This document shows positions 58,910 to 64,000 of a stretch of 64,000 bases of DNA, piece by piece; within the stretch, counting starts at the first letter, position 1, and each line of letters begins with the position of its first letter. The stretch lies in NCBI GenBank assembly GCA_025774555.1, contig JALGVT010000007.1, positions 17,327-81,326 of the forward strand. The letters run 5' to 3'. Below the pieces are notes generated by a model. The model was not told the origin of the DNA and did not search any database. It worked only from the letters and a program-made list of their open reading frames with translations. Origin of the DNA: a candidate division LCP-89 bacterium (GTDB lineage Bacteria; Electryoneota; B3-LCP). Made by a program: the position numbers and the translations under genes.

Positions 58910-60613
58910 TCACATCTTCAAATCGCCATTCAAGGCATTCAAACCCATTTTAAGAGGTATGAGTGTCGCCACTACGCCCAGGGCGATGAATATTATCACC
59001 GAAGTGGTCCATTCAGACAATGGGAATACAGCCTGAAAGGTCATTGACTTATAATGCAGGTAGGTGGGCCAGGCAAAAATCGTAGTCATCATTATCATGA
59101 AAACCAGACTGATGAATATGCATAGCATTCCACCTGGAGAGTTGGCTATCTTCATGGGATTGCTCTGAGAAAAATCAGCGTGCAGCGCGCCCATCCCTAA
59201 AGATATAGCTGTCAGTGCGATAGTGATAATGAAGATGCACAGCAGGGATGCCTGGAGGAGCGCCGCATGGACGCCCAGAACCATGTTTCCGATGACCAGC
59301 ATCGATCCGGAGAGCGCAAAGAGGGGAATAAACGCCTGCCAGAATTTCGACCAGAGGAAGCTTTCCATGGCAAGTGGAGCTGATTTCAGTACCCAGAAGG
59401 TCTCGCCTTCCAGGCTGATGATTGGGAAGACAAAACGTCCAGCCAAAGCGGCGGTAAAAAAGCATGTATAGGAAAAATTGGCATAAAAGAGCAGCATCTG
59501 CCAGAAATCTCTCTGCACGTCAAAATATTGATTGATATTACAAACATTGATTACATAGAGCGCCCAGAAACCGAATAGAATAAACGCCTGCCCCCAACGC
59601 AGCGGATAGCGGCGGAACTCGAGAAAGTCTTTACGGAAAAGCGCTCGATAGATAGGCGATATCCACCGTTCGAGTGTCCAGAAGCTGATTTTAAAGAGAG
59701 CTGACGGTCTGCCTTTAGTTGGAGATCTGTCGCTCCCTTTTAACCAACTGCGATAATAGAGAAATTGACCCAGATTAAGTGTAACGATAGTCACCAAAGC
59801 AGACAACCCGAGCATGGTGATTATGACATGCCGGAACAGCTCCCAACGCACTTCCAAAATCGATAATAAACCGCGGGAAATCAGTCTGTGCGGCATAAGA
59901 GACAGTTCATGATAACTGCCTGATTCAAGGTATGATAAGAGATAGGCGGCTCCTCTGATACCGCGAGGCTGTTTGAAATAGAAAAAAGCGAAGATCAATG
60001 CAAGCGCAATTCCAAACGTCCAGACGCCCCACTGTAAGAGACGCCGGCGCGAAACGCCTCCAAATATCCACCTGATCAAGAGTGCTGTGGCAATACCCAA
60101 CGATCCGGAGATAATCACCAGAGGAAGCATCAATCCGGCGAATAGTAATAGGTAAATTTGCCAATGAACTTCAAAATAGACCGCATACGATAGAATAAAA
60201 GGAATCGTCAAGGCAATTAACGCCCACGAACTGAAAAGCATAATTTCAAAATACTTCACGATAAAAATCGTATTGTGCGATACCGGAAGCGACAATAGAA
60301 ATGAGAGCTCATCTTCCTTGTACAGCATGGACAGGGCAGACAGAGCGGTTGAAATGATCAACATCAGAAAGAACATCAGAAAAGCCAGTTCAAAAAATCT
60401 GGCAATAACCAATCTACCCAGTTCGGGAACTCCCATCAGGTAATCGAAAACGTAGAGATCGAAACGATAAATGAGGGCAGCGATGATGGTGATAATTAAA
60501 ACGGAGAACAGCATCCCCATGAGCCTTGATAGAGACATCCCTTTAAAAGCGCCGGAAAGATCGGCAAGTTTGAGGTCGAGGAGAAGGAGAAGTGATTTGA
60601 TTTCCCTCAGCAT
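58910..60613 (-). CDS. ABC-2-type exporter permease (multi-TM) cognate to adjacent ATPase
   Basis: 567 aa, >10 predicted TM helices, 7-nt overlap with ABC ATPase gene. Confidence 0.55.
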   Translation of the reverse strand: MLREIKSLLLLLDLKLADLSGAFKGMSLSRLMGMLFSVLIITIIAALIYRFDLYVFDYLMGVPELGRLVIARFFELAFLMFFLMLIISTALSALSMLYKEDELSFLLSLPVSHNTIFIVKYFEIMLFSSWALIALTIPFILSYAVYFEVHWQIYLLLFAGLMLPLVIISGSLGIATALLIRWIFGGVSRRRLLQWGVWTFGIALALIFAFFYFKQPRGIRGAAYLLSYLESGSYHELSLMPHRLISRGLLSILEVRWELFRHVIITMLGLSALVTIVTLNLGQFLYYRSWLKGSDRSPTKGRPSALFKISFWTLERWISPIYRALFRKDFLEFRRYPLRWGQAFILFGFWALYVINVCNINQYFDVQRDFWQMLLFYANFSYTCFFTAALAGRFVFPIISLEGETFWVLKSAPLAMESFLWSKFWQAFIPLFALSGSMLVIGNMVLGVHAALLQASLLCIFIITIALTAISLGMGALHADFSQSNPMKIANSPGGMLCIFISLVFMIMMTTIFAWPTYLHYKSMTFQAVFPLSEWTTSVIIFIALGVVATLIPLKMGLNALNGDLKM

Positions 60614-61347
60614 TCCTTTCCTTCCATCGGTTGCTGTTCTTCGGTTATGCGCAGGAAAGCAGCTTCAAGATTTGGATCGTTTTTCCCTTTTAATTCATCA
60701 AATGCGCCTACGGCTAATAGCTTGCCTTTCGAGATAATAGCCAGCCGACCGCACATCTCCTGTGCGATTGATAGGACATGCGTTGAAAAAAAGATGGTCA
60801 CACCTTCAGAGGCGCGTTTTTTCAAGATTTCCTTGAGTATTTTTGTCGATCTCGGATCCAATCCCAGCAGCGGTTCATCGAGAACAAGCAGAGGTGGATT
60901 ATGAATCAGAGCGGCTGCCATCGTAGTTTTCTGCCTCATTCCCTGCGAATAGCTTTCAATGCGTTCATCCAACCAGTCAGCCATGACCAGCAACTCAGAC
61001 AGTTCTTCGAGTCCCGGCTGGAAATCTGCGGGTCGCAGCAGATGCAGTTGCGCTTGAAATTCAATGAATTCTCTGCCTGAAAGACGTTCGTACATATAGG
61101 GCATATCAGGCACATAACCGATGGACTGCTTTGCCCACCTCGGTCTCACCGCCATATCCTCGCCGTTAATGACAACTTTCCCTTCAGTCGGCTGCAGAAT
61201 ACCGGTTATAAGGCGAATCGCCGTGGTCTTTCCCGCGCCGTTGGGTCCGAGAAAGCCGACTATTTCACCTTTTTCAACATGCAGATTCAGACTATCGACA
61301 GCTCTGACTCGGGCAAAGTCTTTGGTCAGGTTTTCCAGCTTGATCAT
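60607..61347 (-). CDS. ABC transporter ATP-binding protein
   Basis: Walker A GPNGAGKTT, signature LSGGMRQK-like (YSQGMRQK), Walker B LLVLDEP; start at ATG 61347 (MIKLENLTKDF); ORF-track GTG 61491 is a likely 5' over-extension. Confidence 0.85.
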   Translation of the reverse strand: MIKLENLTKDFARVRAVDSLNLHVEKGEIVGFLGPNGAGKTTAIRLITGILQPTEGKVVINGEDMAVRPRWAKQSIGYVPDMPYMYERLSGREFIEFQAQLHLLRPADFQPGLEELSELLVMADWLDERIESYSQGMRQKTTMAAALIHNPPLLVLDEPLLGLDPRSTKILKEILKKRASEGVTIFFSTHVLSIAQEMCGRLAIISKGKLLAVGAFDELKGKNDPNLEAAFLRITEEQQPMEGKEC

Positions 61348-61556
61348 CGAACTAAATGTTTTTCTGTATGGTAATGTGCTATATGAAAAAGAAATATACC
61401 ACACCTCTTTGACAAAGACAAGCGAAATATGATTGGAATTTGGGATCGGTGGGAGGATACGGCGGTAAGTAAAAGCATTTAACTGAAACACTAAAAAACT
61501 AATTTCGAGATTTCACTTGACACAGAATAAAAAATTAAGTAAATTGTTTGTTTATT

Positions 61557-61627
61557 TGGGCGGTCGTCCAATGGCAGGACGCATGGCTCTGGACCATGTA
61601 ATCGGGGTTCGAATCCCTGCCGTCCAG
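61557..61627 (+). tRNA. tRNA-Gln (anticodon CTG)
   Basis: cloverleaf folds: acceptor TGGGCGG/CCGTCCA with U1-A72 and G73 discriminator (Gln identity elements), D arm GTCC/GGAC, anticodon stem CATGG/CCATG with loop CTCTGGA, T arm CGGGG-TTCGAAT-CCCTG; CCA not encoded. Confidence 0.8.
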
Positions 61628-61724
61628 CACGGATATATAAGTATCATAAAATCAATATCATAAGGCACTAGCGCATAATCCGAAGGTCAAAGATTCAATC
61701 TTTCCTCCGTTGCTATATAAAAAT

Positions 61725-61760
61725 AGGGGCTTAGAAGCAATTCTAAGCCCCTATTTTTTT
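61725..61760 (+). terminator. Rho-independent terminator (aggggcttagaagcaattctaagcccct + T7) downstream of tRNA-Gln
   Basis: 11-bp stem followed by attttttt. Confidence 0.7.
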
Positions 61761-62177
61761 ATTTCCTTAAAATTCGATTTTCAACCGTGTTTCCCACCTT
61801 CTAAGTCGATCTCAACTAAAGATTGGAGCCTTGAAGCGAATTAATAATCAATTTATTCAGGTTCAATACCGACTTCCATGGTGTACTATAATTGCTACAC
61901 TAAAGCCTTGAATAATCGCAATAATGCAACTATAAGATTATCCGATGTTTCGATTGCGGTATATAATTGACTGTAAAATATGAATTAACAAATGATCTAT
62001 AATTTCATCCAAATGGCATCTATTTTGCGCTATCGTGTATAGAAATCAACTCAAGGACATGGTTTATCTCTTAGAGGGGTAACGACACCCAGGAAGAGTA
62101 GCAATATCTTCATCAAAAGACAGATGAAGCGCTGAAAAAGCAATTGAAGACATTATTCTTTAACTTGAACTGTAATT

Positions 62178-63200
62178 ATGCTTAGGGACATTTTTCAACA
62201 GAGCGTGATGATCACGAGCTTCATATTCATGATGATGCTCTTGATCGAATATCTCAATGTCTTAACACGCGGTAGCTGGCAGTGCCGTCTTCGCGAAAGT
62301 TATTGGGGGCAGTATCTGTTCGCCGCTCTGATGGGCGCTATTCCCGGCTGTTTGGGCGCTTTCACCGTCGTTTCGCTGTATGCCCATGGAATAGTAACGA
62401 TGGGGGCTTTAGTCACCGTAATGATCGCCACTAGCGGCGATGACGCTTTTGTGATGCTGGCGATGATACCCGATAAATTTATCCTGATTACGGTGATTCT
62501 CGCGGTAGTCGCCCTGGCAGCAGGGATGCTGACTGATGTGATATTCCACAGACATATTACCAGGAAAACAGCTAATTGTGACGGATTTACTCTTCACGAT
62601 AATAATGAATACACATGTTTCTCATCAAAGAATATCATTCCGCAACTCAAAGACTGCTCTCCGACTCGTGGATTTCTCTTTGTTTTCATAGCTGTTATAA
62701 CGCTATTCTTTATATTCGGTATCTTAGGACCAACAGAATGGAATTGGATCAGATTTACTTTGGTACTAGTCTCTCTATTCGGTCTGTTCATTGTCATTAC
62801 TGTGCCTGATCACTTTCTGGAGGAGCATCTCTGGGATCATGTAACCAAGCGCCACCTCCCTAAGATTTTTCTGTGGACCTTCGGTGCGCTGCTGTTCCTG
62901 GCTTACCTATCCCAGTATATAGATGTGGAATCGTGGATTCAAAAGAGCCAATTTGTTGTACTCGTTTTAGCTTGCTTAATTGGACTTATTCCTGAATCTG
63001 GACCCCATCTGATATTTGTTACAATGTATGCCCAGGGAATACTGCCATTGAGCGTGTTGTTGGCAAGTTCAATTGTCCAGGACGGCCACGGCATGCTTCC
63101 GATGTTAGCTCATTCCAGAAAAGGCTTTATCTTCGTAAAGGTTATAAACCTCATAGTAGGTCTGATGATTGGATTTCTCGGGTTTTGGTGCGGCTGGTAA
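62178..63200 (+). CDS. Hypothetical polytopic membrane protein with internal duplication (possible metal exporter-like)
   Basis: 340 aa, ~10 TM helices; N- and C-halves share IPGCLGAF.../IPESGPHLIF... repeat. Confidence 0.4.
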   Translation: MLRDIFQQSVMITSFIFMMMLLIEYLNVLTRGSWQCRLRESYWGQYLFAALMGAIPGCLGAFTVVSLYAHGIVTMGALVTVMIATSGDDAFVMLAMIPDKFILITVILAVVALAAGMLTDVIFHRHITRKTANCDGFTLHDNNEYTCFSSKNIIPQLKDCSPTRGFLFVFIAVITLFFIFGILGPTEWNWIRFTLVLVSLFGLFIVITVPDHFLEEHLWDHVTKRHLPKIFLWTFGALLFLAYLSQYIDVESWIQKSQFVVLVLACLIGLIPESGPHLIFVTMYAQGILPLSVLLASSIVQDGHGMLPMLAHSRKGFIFVKVINLIVGLMIGFLGFWCGW

Positions 63201-63218
63201 AAAATGGAGTCTTAAGCA

Positions 63219-64000
63219 ATGTTCACATATGGTCCAGTACCATCCAGACGATTGGGGCGTTCACTGGGGGTGAGCCTCATCCCACCTAAGACGTGCTCGT
63301 ATTCCTGTGTTTACTGTCAGTTAGGCAGGACGAATCGTCTTCAATTAAAAAGAGAGAGCTTTTTCCCCAAGGAAGAAGTACTTTCAGAAATCGAGAGACA
63401 ATTAGCGAATGCTGAAGTGGATTTTATCACCTTTGTGGGAGATGGCGAACCGACTTTATCGGCAGATCTGGGTTGGTTAATCAGAAAATGCAAGGAATCT
63501 ACGAGTAAACAGGTAGCTGTCATTACAAACGGATCTCTCCTATTCAAATCCGATGTGAGGAAGGATTTGCTAGAAGCGGACATCGTGATTCCCAGTTTGG
63601 ATGCAGGGACCGAGGAAATATTTAGGAGAATAAACCGTCCTCATGGCACGAGTAAATTTGATGCTATGCTTCAGGGTCAGGTGGATTTCCGGAATCAGTA
63701 CCATGGTCAGATTTGGTTGGAAGTCATGCTCGTCCATGGTATGAATGATACTGAATCCGCGCTCCAAGATATTCACACTGCCATTAATCGGATTGAGCCT
63801 GATAGAGTTTACATCATCACACCAATTCGACCGCCAGCCGAACCTTGGGTTATGCCTCCCCTGGCTGAAAGAATCCTCAGGGCGCAAGAAATTCTGGGAC
63901 AGCCAGTCACCTTCGACAATATTGAATCAGGCGCTTTCGGACTTAATGCCTTTATCAATGCTCGGGAAGCCATTTTGGAGATCGGCTCCCGTCATCCTCT
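63219..64000 (+). CDS. Radical SAM domain protein (3'-truncated by window end)
   Basis: MFTYGPVPSRRLGRSLGVSLIPPKTCSYSCVYCQ with CxxxCxxC 4Fe-4S/SAM motif; ORF open to position 64000; not in ORF track because no stop. Confidence 0.7.
   Translation, partial: MFTYGPVPSRRLGRSLGVSLIPPKTCSYSCVYCQLGRTNRLQLKRESFFPKEEVLSEIERQLANAEVDFITFVGDGEPTLSADLGWLIRKCKESTSKQVAVITNGSLLFKSDVRKDLLEADIVIPSLDAGTEEIFRRINRPHGTSKFDAMLQGQVDFRNQYHGQIWLEVMLVHGMNDTESALQDIHTAINRIEPDRVYIITPIRPPAEPWVMPPLAERILRAQEILGQPVTFDNIESGAFGLNAFINAREAILEIGSRHP

Noticed and set aside
61640-61720. Second tRNA or tRNA fragment downstream of tRNA-Gln
   Set aside because: The ggtcaaagattcaatctttcc stem-loop has a 5-nt loop and no acceptor/D-arm partner, so it does not fold as a cloverleaf.

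Overview
This 64-kb window looks like a metagenomic contig from an FCB-superphylum-like bacterium, with about 50% GC and sigma70-type TTGACA/TATAAT promoters. It carries three main blocks.

(1) Positions 1-6.3 kb hold one T9SS cargo gene plus housekeeping and metal-homeostasis genes (mntP, a dapL-like aminotransferase, a CDF transporter).

(2) Positions 6.8-21.9 kb, all on the minus strand, hold a complete type IVa pilus cluster: ECF sigma and anti-sigma, pilA, pilT, two pseudopilins, a hypothetical gene, pilM, pilN, pilO, a pilP-like gene, pilQ, a Wza-like polysaccharide exporter, pilB and pilC.

(3) Positions 22.3-53.1 kb are a secreted-protein island of 11 tandem paralogous genes that end in a type IX secretion (Por) C-terminal sorting domain. 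These include beta-helix, LVIVD, BNR, SBBP and C25-peptidase-like cargos. One gene is disrupted, and they share near-identical C-terminal modules. The island is interrupted by a short-type leuC, an IS200-like REP-associated tyrosine transposase (RAYT), a PorV/FadL-like outer-membrane protein and a citryl-CoA-lyase-like gene.

The rest of the window holds an AsmA/TamB-like gene, purL, an ABC-2 exporter pair, tRNA-Gln(CTG), a membrane protein and a 5'-partial radical-SAM gene.

The main observation is a dense population of GTAG-headed, GC-rich palindromic (REP/BIME-like) elements in at least three families. They occur together with the RAYT gene, which is itself bracketed by inverted hairpins. 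They lie after stop codons, some as terminators, and they flank a cargo gene as 101-bp direct repeats. They are also inserted in-frame inside the T9SS sorting-domain coding sequence of two cargo genes, where they remodel the secretion signal. This is a Rickettsia-RPE-like phenomenon that I have not seen described for T9SS substrates. All coordinates and calls come from reading the sequence and the ORF track, and no database searches were possible.
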